Part shown: positions 1-8,063 of the stretch, piece by piece
How positions within the stretch are numbered: position 1 is the first letter of the stretch
Layout of the letters: the number at the start of each line of letters is the position of its first letter
Source of the DNA: Planctomycetota bacterium
Lineage (GTDB): Bacteria; Planctomycetota; UBA1135; UBA2386
Direction: 5' to 3'
Assembly: GCA_947501605.1 (NCBI GenBank)
Contig: CANMWZ010000038.1
Coordinates: forward strand, 1-43,965
Length of the DNA: 43,965 bases
Notes under the pieces: model-generated
Told to the model about the DNA's origin: nothing
Database searches by the model: none
The model's input: only the letters and a program-made list of their open reading frames with translations
Made by a program: the position numbers and the translations under genes

Positions 1-590
1 AGCACGTAGCGCGAGGTGAAGAACCATGCCGCATGAGCCAGTGTCAGCAGTTGCCCGACGGCAAACGCGCAGAGCAACACCGCAATCAGCAACGAGAGCC
101 CTTGGCGACGACGCAGAGTCAAGCACAGCGCGAACAGCACATGGAACCAAACGATGTAGTTCAGCACCCACCCTGGGTTGAGCAGCGGCCGTAGCCGGCC
201 GTCGCCCGGTCTGGCTACCGGCCAGAAACAATAGGAGCCGAGCGTGTGGTCGAGTGCCAGTTCGTGGTGGTCGAGCAGGGATGGCAGCAATGCCGCCAGC
301 AACACGAACAGCGTGGTGAAGAACCAATACAGCGGCACAATGCGCGCGAGCCGCCGGCGCAGATAGCGAGTGCACGCGCCTGGCTCGCCGAAGCGCTCGC
401 GCTCGGTGTAGAGGGCGATCAACGACGCAATCGCAAGAAACACGGCGGCACCGACGCCCTGGCGGTAGAAGCCGGTCTGCTGCCCCTGAAACGTCTCGGA
501 CTCGTGCAGCACATGGACGGCATGGCCAAAGAGCACAGTCAGGGCCGCGTAGACGCGCAGGTGGTCGATCGAGTGCAGCCGCTGGATCAT
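1..590 (-). CDS. Acyltransferase family 3 (OafA/ExoZ-like) membrane protein, 3' end outside the window
   Basis: Not in the ORF track. Manual translation from ATG at 590 gives MIQRLHSIDHLRVYAALTVLFGH...RYLRRRLARIVPLYW...NPGWVLNY. The D-x-LR/H and RR-x-x-RI-x-P-x-YW motifs and hydrophobic helices are typical of AT3. Confidence 0.8.
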   Translation of the reverse strand, partial: MIQRLHSIDHLRVYAALTVLFGHAVHVLHESETFQGQQTGFYRQGVGAAVFLAIASLIALYTERERFGEPGACTRYLRRRLARIVPLYWFFTTLFVLLAALLPSLLDHHELALDHTLGSYCFWPVARPGDGRLRPLLNPGWVLNYIVWFHVLFALCLTLRRRQGLSLLIAVLLCAFAVGQLLTLAHAAWFFTSRYV

Positions 591-749
591 GGTGAGGCGA
601 ACGCGAGGGGCAACGCAACGTAGCGAAGGACCAACCCTTGTGCGGTGGTTCTTGCTCGGATCCTGGCGACGAAAAGGGCGAAACGATCGCCTGCTGCCCT
701 ACCGGCGAGAACTCGTCTGCCGCCGCGCCTTCGCCTACAACCTCGCGCC

Positions 750-1538
750 ATGCCGACCGCCCCATCGCCCTGGACCCTCCACGGTCGCCGCGCCCTCGTC
801 ACCGGCGCGTCGCGCGGCATCGGTCACGCGGTCGCATCCGAACTGCTGGCCCTCGGCGCCGAGGTGCTGGCCGTCGCGCGCACCGCGACCGACATCGAGC
901 ACGCCGTGACTGTGTGGCGGAAGAACGGCCACTCGCTCGCGCACGGGCTCGCGGCCGACGCGACCACGCGCGCGGGCATCGCTTCGATCCACGCCGAAGT
1001 GGACCGCCTGTTCTCCGGCCTCGACCTCTTGGTCCTCAACGCCGGCACCAACATCCGCCGCAGCGCGATCGAGTACGAGGACGGCGACTTCCAGAAGCTG
1101 TTCGCGACCAACACCGAAGCGGCGTTCGAACTGACGCGGCGCTGCCACCCGTGGCTGTGCACTTCGAAGGCGGCGAGCGTGGTGTTCGTTGGCTCGGTCG
1201 CGAGCGAGATCTCGCTCGGCACGGGCGTTCCCTATGCGGCGACGAAGGCCGCACTCGCGGCGATCACGCGCGGCCTCGCCTGCGAATGGGGCAAGGACCA
1301 GATCCGGGTCAACCTCGTGGCGCCGTGGTACACCGATACGCCGCTGGTGCAGCCGGTGCTGTCGCGCCCGGGCATGCTCGATCGCGTCAAGGCACGAACG
1401 CCGCTCGGACGCATCGGTGAACCTTCGGAGGTCGCGCGCGCGGTGGCCTTCCTGTTGATGCCGGCTTCGAGCTATGTGACCGGACAGGTGCTGGCCGTCG
1501 ACGGCGGCTTCCTCGCGCACGGGTTCTCGCTGCAATGA
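750..1538 (+). CDS. SDR oxidoreductase, tropinone reductase-like
   Basis: TGASRGIG Rossmann motif, NAG, catalytic [14 protein letters not shown] and VDGG C-terminus. ATG at 750 is preferred over the Arg-rich upstream extension. Confidence 0.9.
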   Translation: MPTAPSPWTLHGRRALVTGASRGIGHAVASELLALGAEVLAVARTATDIEHAVTVWRKNGHSLAHGLAADATTRAGIASIHAEVDRLFSGLDLLVLNAGTNIRRSAIEYEDGDFQKLFATNTEAAFELTRRCHPWLCTSKAASVVFVGSVASEISLGTGVPYAATKAALAAITRGLACEWGKDQIRVNLVAPWYTDTPLVQPVLSRPGMLDRVKARTPLGRIGEPSEVARAVAFLLMPASSYVTGQVLAVDGGFLAHGFSLQ

Positions 1539-2179
1539 CGCGGGCTCCGTCGCGCGTGGTGCACTGCCAGGACGCGCTGCAGTGGCTCTCGCAGAACGAA
1601 CTGCAGGACGGGTCGTCGGTACTGACGTCGTTGCCGGACGCGACCGAGATCAAGCGGTTCTCGTTCGCGGAATGGGAGGCGTGGTTCGTCGAGGCGGCGC
1701 GCGCGGTCACAGCGGCTCTGCCGATGCAGTCGGCGGCGTTGTTCTACCAAACCGACGTGAAGCGCGATGGCGCGTGGGTCGACAAGGCTCGGCTCGTGCA
1801 GGACGGAGCGCAGGCCGCGGGTGCGAGGCTGCTGTGGCACAAGATCGTGCTGCGCGCGCCGGCGGGCGTGGCGACGAGGAATCGGCCGGGGTATGCGCAC
1901 CTGCTCGCCTTCTCGAAGTCGATGGAGACCGACCCGCGCGACGACACGCCTGATGTGTTGCCGGAACTCGGCGCGATGACGTGGGCCCGCGCGATCGGGT
2001 TGTCGGCAGCAGAGTTCGCGGTGGGGTGGCTCGCGCAGCGGGCGAAGGCCACGTGCATCGTCGATCCGTTCTGCGGCGTCGGGACGGTGCTCGCGGTTGC
2101 GAATCGCATGGGGATGGATGCGATCGGAGTGGAGCTGGCGAGCGGGCGGGCGGAGAAGGCGAGGGGGCTGGTGGTGTGA
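1535..2179 (+). CDS. SAM-dependent methyltransferase with N6/N4 DNA-methylase-like layout and atypical catalytic motif
   Basis: C-terminal [13 protein letters not shown] motif and AIGVE. N-terminal CQDAL...VLTSLPD sits where TSPPY/DPPY is expected. ATGA overlap with the SDR. Confidence 0.7.
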   Translation: MTRAPSRVVHCQDALQWLSQNELQDGSSVLTSLPDATEIKRFSFAEWEAWFVEAARAVTAALPMQSAALFYQTDVKRDGAWVDKARLVQDGAQAAGARLLWHKIVLRAPAGVATRNRPGYAHLLAFSKSMETDPRDDTPDVLPELGAMTWARAIGLSAAEFAVGWLAQRAKATCIVDPFCGVGTVLAVANRMGMDAIGVELASGRAEKARGLVV

Positions 2180-2242
2180 GGCAACTCGTCGAAGCCAAAG
2201 CCGATCTGGCATCGCAGCGTCGCCTCCGTGACACTGGGCCGC

Positions 2243-3439
2243 ATGCGAATCGAGTCGCTGAGGCTCAAGAACTTCCGTGCGTTCCGTGACGTCGAGCTGA
2301 CGGACCTGCCCGGCTTCGCCGTGTTCGTCGGTGCCAACGGGACGGGCAAGAGCACCCTGTTCTCCGCGTTTCAGTTCATGCGCGATGCCATGGCCAGCAA
2401 CGTCACCAGCGCGCTAGGGAGGCTTGGCGGTAGCCGTGGATTCCAGGAGGTTCGATCCCGAGACACCACCGGTCCGATCGAGATCGAATTACAGATCCGA
2501 GCAGACCTCGGACGCCCCGACCCCACTCTCGTCACCTATTCCTTGGCCATCGACGAGCACGAAGGTCACCCCGTCGTCGCTTCTGAAGTGCTGCAGTACA
2601 GGCGGGGCAGCAAGGGGCGCCCGTGGAAGTTTCTCGATTTCCGGTTGGGCAAAGGCGAGGCCGTGACGAACGAACTCGAGGACGTCGAGGATGAAACGCA
2701 GCTCGATCGTGAATCCCAGTCCCTGAAGTCGTCAGACCTGCTGGCAATCAAGGGCCTAGCGCAGTTCGAGAAGTTCCCCGCTGCTGTAGCCCTGGGCAAC
2801 CTGGTCGAGAATTGGCATCTCTCGGACTTTCACATCAGCAGAGCCAGGCCCGAGCCGGAAGTCGGCTACGCCGAACACCTGTCCAGGGAGGGTGAGAACC
2901 TCGCTCTGGTAATCGACTACCTGCAGAAGAGCCATCCAGCCGTGCTTCGAGAGATCCTCACACGGCTCGAGCGCCGAGTACCAGGGATCAAGACCGTGCA
3001 GACCAAGGTCACAGAAGAAGGGCGGGTACTACTGAAGTTCCAGGACGGCGCATTTGTGGACCCATTCCTCGCACGCCACGTGTCGGATGGGACCATCAAA
3101 ATGCTCGCCTATCTGACACTCTTGCACGATCCGAAGCCGCATCCGCTTCTCTGTGTGGAAGAGCCTGAGAACCAGCTCTATCCAACCTTGCTATCGGAAC
3201 TAGCCGAGGAGTTCCGGAGCTACGCCGCACGCAAGAGCCAAGTCTTCGTCTCGACCCACGCCCCGGACCTGCTCAACGCGGCCCAGCTCGACGAAGTCTT
3301 CTGGCTGGTCAAGCAGGATGGCTACACCAAGGTCCTGCGGGCTCGAGACGACGAGCAACTTGCCGCCTACGTCGCCGAAGGGGACAAGCTCGGGCAACTC
3401 TGGAAGCAAGGACTGTTCGGCGGTGCCGACCCTCGATGA
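2243..3439 (+). CDS. ABC-type ATPase (AAA_21/AAA_15, OLD/AriA-like)
   Basis: MRIESLRLKNFRAF start, Walker A GANGTGKS, signature VSDGT, Walker B LLCVEEPEN, H-loop STHAP. Confidence 0.9.
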   Translation: MRIESLRLKNFRAFRDVELTDLPGFAVFVGANGTGKSTLFSAFQFMRDAMASNVTSALGRLGGSRGFQEVRSRDTTGPIEIELQIRADLGRPDPTLVTYSLAIDEHEGHPVVASEVLQYRRGSKGRPWKFLDFRLGKGEAVTNELEDVEDETQLDRESQSLKSSDLLAIKGLAQFEKFPAAVALGNLVENWHLSDFHISRARPEPEVGYAEHLSREGENLALVIDYLQKSHPAVLREILTRLERRVPGIKTVQTKVTEEGRVLLKFQDGAFVDPFLARHVSDGTIKMLAYLTLLHDPKPHPLLCVEEPENQLYPTLLSELAEEFRSYAARKSQVFVSTHAPDLLNAAQLDEVFWLVKQDGYTKVLRARDDEQLAAYVAEGDKLGQLWKQGLFGGADPR

Positions 3440-4002
3440 GAACGCTGCTCTTTTTGTTGGAGGAGCTTTCTGCGAAGGATTTGCTCCAAGTTCTCGTTCC
3501 GCGGCTCCTCGGTCCTGCGAGCGAGCGAGTGTGCTGCAGATACCTGACCTTCGAAGGCAAGCAAGACCTCGAACGGAACATCGGCCCCAAGATCAGGGGC
3601 TGGAGGACACCAGATACGAAGTTCGTGATACTGCGAGATCAGGATTCCGGGGACTGCAGGACTGTCAAGGAGAGACTCGTCGCGTTGATCCCCGAGGCAC
3701 GAAGGAGCCATTGCGTAGTTCGGGTTGCCTGTCGCGAGTTGGAGTCTTGGTTCCTTGGTGACTGGCATGCCGTTGCGCAGGCATTCGAGAGGCCGACCCT
3801 GGCGAACCTGAGCAAGAAGCGCAAATACCTGAGCCCCGACACACTGGGCAACCCCCATCAAGAGCTTCAGAGACATGTTCCCGCCTTTCAGAAGCGAGAT
3901 GGAGCGCGCCGGATCGGACCCGTTCTCGAACTGCAAGAGGGACGAAACTCGTCCCGCAGCTTCCAGACGTTTTGCGCTGCGATTCGCCGCCTCGCAGAAT
4001 AG
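3436..4002 (+). CDS. DUF4276-like TOPRIM-fold protein
   Basis: N-terminal LLEE, central DxD (RDQD), ELESWFL and C-terminal NSSRSF motifs. ATGA overlap with the ATPase. Confidence 0.8.
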   Translation: MRTLLFLLEELSAKDLLQVLVPRLLGPASERVCCRYLTFEGKQDLERNIGPKIRGWRTPDTKFVILRDQDSGDCRTVKERLVALIPEARRSHCVVRVACRELESWFLGDWHAVAQAFERPTLANLSKKRKYLSPDTLGNPHQELQRHVPAFQKRDGARRIGPVLELQEGRNSSRSFQTFCAAIRRLAE

Positions 4003-4005
4003 TGC

Positions 4006-4827
4006 TCAGTCGAGGAAGAAGTCGCGAAGCAGTTCCTTCCCCGCTTCCACCGCATAGCGCTCGAAGTCCACCACCCCGCGTTCCCGCAGCACGTCCTCGT
4101 CGACCAAGAACCGCCCCGTCACCGCCTTCGCCTCCGACGTCACGATCGCGTGCGCCGCGTCGGCGACGATCTCCGGCACGCGGCAGCGCGTCGTGTCGAT
4201 GCCCGGGATCATCTGCAGCGCCGCCGTCCGGATCACCGTCTTCGGCCACAGCGCGTTGACCGCGACACCGCGATCCGCGAACTCCGCAGCGGCGCCGAGC
4301 GCCACCATGCTCATCCCGTACTTCGCCATCGTGTAGGCGGTGTGGCCTCGGAACCACTTCGGTTGCAGGTCGAGCGGCGGCGACAGCATCAACACGTGCG
4401 GGTTGGTCGAACGGAGCAGATGCGGCATGCACTTCTGCGTCACCAAGAACGTGCCGCGAACGTTGACCTCGTGCATCAAGTCGAAGCGCTTGCTCGGCGT
4501 GTCCAGCAGCCCCTTCAGCCAGATCGCGCTGGCGTTGTTGATCAGCACGTCGAGACCGCCGAAGCGATCGACCGAAGCTGCCACCGCGGCCTCGATCTCC
4601 GCCTCGTCGCGAATGTCGCAGCGCACGGCGAACGCCTGACCGCCCGCCGCTTCGCATTCTTCGGCCGCTGAATGGATCGTGCCCGGAAGGCGCGGCTGCG
4701 CGACATGGCTCTTGCCCGCGATCACCACGTTGGCGCCGTCGCGCGCGCAGCGCAACGCGATCGCCTTGCCGATCCCGCGCGACCCGCCGGAGACGAAGAT
4801 CGTCTTGCCGGCGAGCGTTGCTGTCAC
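4006..4827 (-). CDS. SDR oxidoreductase, HSDL2/citronellol dehydrogenase-like
   Basis: SGGSRGIG, NNASAI, YTMAKYGMS, VNALWPKT. The GTG start overlaps the upstream stop (GTGA). Confidence 0.9.
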   Translation of the reverse strand: MTATLAGKTIFVSGGSRGIGKAIALRCARDGANVVIAGKSHVAQPRLPGTIHSAAEECEAAGGQAFAVRCDIRDEAEIEAAVAASVDRFGGLDVLINNASAIWLKGLLDTPSKRFDLMHEVNVRGTFLVTQKCMPHLLRSTNPHVLMLSPPLDLQPKWFRGHTAYTMAKYGMSMVALGAAAEFADRGVAVNALWPKTVIRTAALQMIPGIDTTRCRVPEIVADAAHAIVTSEAKAVTGRFLVDEDVLRERGVVDFERYAVEAGKELLRDFFLD

Positions 4828-5960
4828 TTCTCGACCTCGACGTCGAACACCGCGTTGCCCTTCCCGTCCGGCCAGGCGACGACGCGCCAGCCTTCGAGTT
4901 GCAGCACGACCGGGCCGCTGCCCTTCTGACTCGCACTGGTGAACAGTTGCCACGACGCCAGCTGGCGGTTCTGGCCTGGTTCGACCACCGGCACCGGCCG
5001 CGCGTCGCCAGCAGGGCGCGCAGGCCCGTCGTTGTTGCGTTTCACCCAACTCATCGGGATGACGCGATCGCCTTGCTTGATCACCCGGCCGATGACGGTG
5101 CGCCGCGAGGCCCCGTCGCGCACCAGCGTGTCGGCGTCGACCAGCAGCGACTCCGACACCGAGGTACCGACGAACTCACCGGTCGCGAGGTCGACCTCGA
5201 CGCAGGCGTCTTCGCCGATGCCGATGCCGATCGAGATCGGGCCCACGTCGCGCGCCTTCGTCAGTTCGAGGGCGGCCACGAGGCGGCCGATGCGGTCGCG
5301 TTCCCAGAAGTGCGAGTCCGTGAGCGCCCAGGGCAAGAAGTACATGCCCGGGCCGATCTGCGGCACGGGGCGGTTCTCCCGGTCGTCATCGGGGTCGGGG
5401 TCCTTGCGCGGAATGCCCAGCGCCTGCGCGCTACGGCCGGTGAAGAACATGATCGATCCCATCATCGCGTCGCCAGCGCTCGCGCCCGCGATCACGCCGC
5501 CACGCAGCAAGAGCCGCCGCATCGCTTCCCATTCGGGCGTGGGCTGGTCCTTTGTTCGGTAGCGATCGGTGATGCGCTTCTGATCGCCGCCGGTGAAGAA
5601 CATCGCCGACGCTGCATCGATCGCTGCGACGGTGGTCGCGGTGTCGGTCTCGCGGCGGATGATCTGCACCTTCACGCTCGCATCGTAGGCGTGCAGCGTC
5701 TCGACCTTGTCGGTGCCGGACTCGTCTTGATTGCCGCTCGCCGCCGTCGCGATCAACACGTTGGCCTCGCCGGGCGCGCGCGCGAGTTCGAGGAAGCGTT
5801 CGTAGACCGGGCGATTGTCGCTGTCGAGCCCACCGCCGATCAGCATCAAGCGGCCCTTCGAGCCGGGCTGTTCTGAAGTCAGCGACCGCTCGGGCGATGC
5901 ACAGCCGAACGAGAACGCGGCCGATGCCGCGAGGATCCAGACCTTGGTGCGAAGTGTCAT
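4824..5960 (-). CDS. Cyanophycinase (peptidase S51) with predicted lipoprotein signal
   Basis: LIGGG, FTGGDQ, nucleophile GASAG, DSHF...RIGRL and GIGED. N-terminus MTLRTKVWILAASAAFSFGC looks like a lipobox. Confidence 0.85.
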   Translation of the reverse strand: MTLRTKVWILAASAAFSFGCASPERSLTSEQPGSKGRLMLIGGGLDSDNRPVYERFLELARAPGEANVLIATAASGNQDESGTDKVETLHAYDASVKVQIIRRETDTATTVAAIDAASAMFFTGGDQKRITDRYRTKDQPTPEWEAMRRLLLRGGVIAGASAGDAMMGSIMFFTGRSAQALGIPRKDPDPDDDRENRPVPQIGPGMYFLPWALTDSHFWERDRIGRLVAALELTKARDVGPISIGIGIGEDACVEVDLATGEFVGTSVSESLLVDADTLVRDGASRRTVIGRVIKQGDRVIPMSWVKRNNDGPARPAGDARPVPVVEPGQNRQLASWQLFTSASQKGSGPVVLQLEGWRVVAWPDGKGNAVFDVEVEK

Positions 5961-5982
5961 GCCGTTCTGATTCCTGCTGCGA

Positions 5983-7014
5983 TCAGTTGTCGAAGATGCG
6001 AACGTCGAAGAGCCCGCTCGAATCGGCGAGCCCGCGATACATGCCGGTCGAGTTGTAGGTCGCGACGAGGTTGCCGTGGCGATCGACGGCGATGATGCCG
6101 CCATCGTCGGGCTGCAGGCTGCCATGGACCACGGCGTCGGCCGCTTGCTGCAGCGTCTGCCCACCGAACTGCACGCGCGCGCCGATCGACCGCGCGACGG
6201 TGTGGCGGATGAACTGCTCCCCGGTGCCGGTGCCGCTGACGGCGACGAACGCATCGGCGTAGTTGCCGGCGCCGATCACGGGCGTGTCGCCGACGCGACC
6301 CCAGCGCTTGCCGGTCAGACCGCCGGTGCTCGTCGCGGCCGCGAGGTTGCCCTTCTGGTCGCGCACGACGCAGCCGACGGTGCCGTAACCGTGGCGCACA
6401 TCGCTCGGGGCGGCCTGCGCAGCGCCGAGGGCCGCGCCCTTCAGCTGGCGCTCGCGCAGCACTTCCTCGAGCACCTTGCGCCGGTACTCGGTGTCGAAGT
6501 AGGAGTTCTCGACGCGCTCGACGCCGGTCAGCGTCGCGAACTGCTCGGCGCCGTCGCCCATCAGCAGCACGTGGCGCGTCTTCTCCATCACGAGGCGCGC
6601 GAGCGAGATGGGGTTCTTGACCGTGCGCACGCCAGCGACCGCGCCGCACGCGAGCGTGTGGCCTTCCATGATCGAGGCATCGAGTTCGTGGGCGCCCTGC
6701 TCGTTGAAGACCGCGCCCTTGCCCGCATTGAACAGCGGATCGTCCTCGAACACGCGCACGACGGCCTCGACGACATCGAGGGCGGAATCGCCGCGCCGAA
6801 GCCGTTCGCGTCCGAGCTCGAGCGCCTTGCTCAGCGACGCGCGATACTCGGCCTGGGCGCTGCTCGGCGCGGCGCGATCGAGCGTGCCCGCACCGCCGTG
6901 GATGGCGATGGCCCAAGTCGGACCGTCGTCGTGCGTGACGCTTCTGCAGGCAGCGACGGTGAGCGCGAGGAGCAGGGAAAGGGCGAACAGGACGACGCGG
7001 CTTGGGCTTGGCAT
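5983..7014 (-). CDS. iaaA: Isoaspartyl peptidase/L-asparaginase (Ntn hydrolase) with predicted lipoprotein signal
   Basis: AIHGGAG, FNAGKG, ELDASIM, GTVG (Thr nucleophile), TSTGG, GRVGDTP, TGTGE. Hydrophobic N-terminus ends in LTVAAC. Confidence 0.9.
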   Translation of the reverse strand: MPSPSRVVLFALSLLLALTVAACRSVTHDDGPTWAIAIHGGAGTLDRAAPSSAQAEYRASLSKALELGRERLRRGDSALDVVEAVVRVFEDDPLFNAGKGAVFNEQGAHELDASIMEGHTLACGAVAGVRTVKNPISLARLVMEKTRHVLLMGDGAEQFATLTGVERVENSYFDTEYRRKVLEEVLRERQLKGAALGAAQAAPSDVRHGYGTVGCVVRDQKGNLAAATSTGGLTGKRWGRVGDTPVIGAGNYADAFVAVSGTGTGEQFIRHTVARSIGARVQFGGQTLQQAADAVVHGSLQPDDGGIIAVDRHGNLVATYNSTGMYRGLADSSGLFDVRIFDN

Positions 7015-7055
7015 CGACGGCGCAATCTAGCGGCGTGTGGGCGAGAGCAGTGCTG

Positions 7056-7138
7056 CCATTCCTTGGCTGGCCATTCCGCGGTTGGGCATTCCTTGGCTGG
7101 GCATTCCGCGGTTGGTTCGGCGGCTGGTTCGGCGGTGG
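7056..7138. repeat. Intergenic tandem repeat: four 15-bp units, then two ~12-bp units
   Basis: ccattccttggctgg / ccattccgcggttgg / gcattccttggctgg / gcattccgcggttgg / ttcggcggctgg / ttcggcggtgg. Confidence 0.9.
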
Positions 7139-7176
7139 GCTGTTTTGGCGGCGCGCGCTCGCTACAACAGCGGGCC

Positions 7177-7293
7177 ATGATGTTTGCGCACCTGACCCCG
7201 CTGGAGATGCCCGTTGTCTGGATCGCCTTCGCCCTCGGCATGGCCGTGGGAGTCGGCGGCATGCTGCTCGTTCGCAAGCGCGCGAAGGGCTGA
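7177..7293 (+). CDS. Putative 38-aa single-pass membrane protein
   Basis: MMFAHLTPLEMPVVWIAFALGMAVGVGGMLLVRKRAKG: one hydrophobic helix plus a basic tail. cTACAAC lies 8 nt before the ATG. Confidence 0.6.
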   Translation: MMFAHLTPLEMPVVWIAFALGMAVGVGGMLLVRKRAKG

Positions 7294-7298
7294 GGAGC

Positions 7299-8063
7299 CT
7301 ACGAGTCTTCTGGCGCAGAGCCTGCAGCCAGTTGCCGCGCCCGCGCCAAGCCCTTCGCCGCGTGCACCCCGTGCCAGCAGAAGTCGCGACCCGAGCACAG
7401 CACCACGCGCGCCTCGCCGAACACACGGCTCTGTGCGAGCGCCTGCCGCTGCGCCTCGTCGAACACCCACGGCTCGTCGGGCAGCAGCACGACCTCGGGC
7501 CGCCGGTTCGCGATCGTCGCGACGTCGACCTCCGGATACCGCGCGCCCTCCTCGGCGCAGAGGTTGTCGAAGCCGGCCAGTCGCAGCACGTCGTGGATGT
7601 AGGTCGTCGCGTTGATGCTCATCCAGGGTTTCTTCCAGATGGCATAGAACGCCCGCGTGCGGCTCGCGATCGGCGGCGCCGCGAGTTGCTGCGCGATCGC
7701 CGCGACGAAGGGCGCCGCTTCGTCACCGCAGCCGAGCACCGCGCCCAGTTCTTCGAGCGCCGCTGCGGCCGCGAGCACGGTGCACGGGGACTGGACGAGC
7801 ACGGGAACGCGTGCGCGCAGCCAGTCGAGGTCTTCTTCGCGGTTCTCCTCGGCGTTACTGAGGACGAGGTCGGGTTCCAGGCGCGCGATCGCCTCGCGCT
7901 TGGGATTCTTGGTGCCGCCGATGCGGGCGATGCCGTGCAGGGCGTCTTCGGGGTGCGTGCACCAGTTCGTGCAACCGACGAGACGGCTCTGCGCGCCGAG
8001 CGCGCACAAGGACTCGGTCGTGCTGGGCACGAGGCTGACGAGGCGCTGGGGCAATGAACTCAT
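7299..8063 (-). CDS. Helical-backbone metal receptor (BtuF/cobalamin-binding-like), no signal peptide
   Basis: RLVSLVPSTTE, IGGTKNP, PDLVLSNAEEN, WKKPWMS, LPDEPW, WHG. Confidence 0.85.
   Translation of the reverse strand: MSSLPQRLVSLVPSTTESLCALGAQSRLVGCTNWCTHPEDALHGIARIGGTKNPKREAIARLEPDLVLSNAEENREEDLDWLRARVPVLVQSPCTVLAAAAALEELGAVLGCGDEAAPFVAAIAQQLAAPPIASRTRAFYAIWKKPWMSINATTYIHDVLRLAGFDNLCAEEGARYPEVDVATIANRRPEVVLLPDEPWVFDEAQRQALAQSRVFGEARVVLCSGRDFCWHGVHAAKGLARARQLAAGSAPEDS

Noticed and set aside
675..720. AGGGCGAAAC, resembling the start of a c-di-GMP-I riboswitch
   Set aside because: The downstream GAAA hairpin and GCAAA elements are missing.
1535..4002. Three-gene restriction-modification system (MTase + ATPase + TOPRIM)
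   Set aside because: The MTase is coupled to the upstream SDR, has host-like codon use and lacks the PPY motif, so there is no support for joining it to the cassette.
2180..4005. Mobile-element boundaries around the ATPase/TOPRIM cassette
   Set aside because: I saw no terminal inverted repeats, target-site duplication, integrase or transposase.
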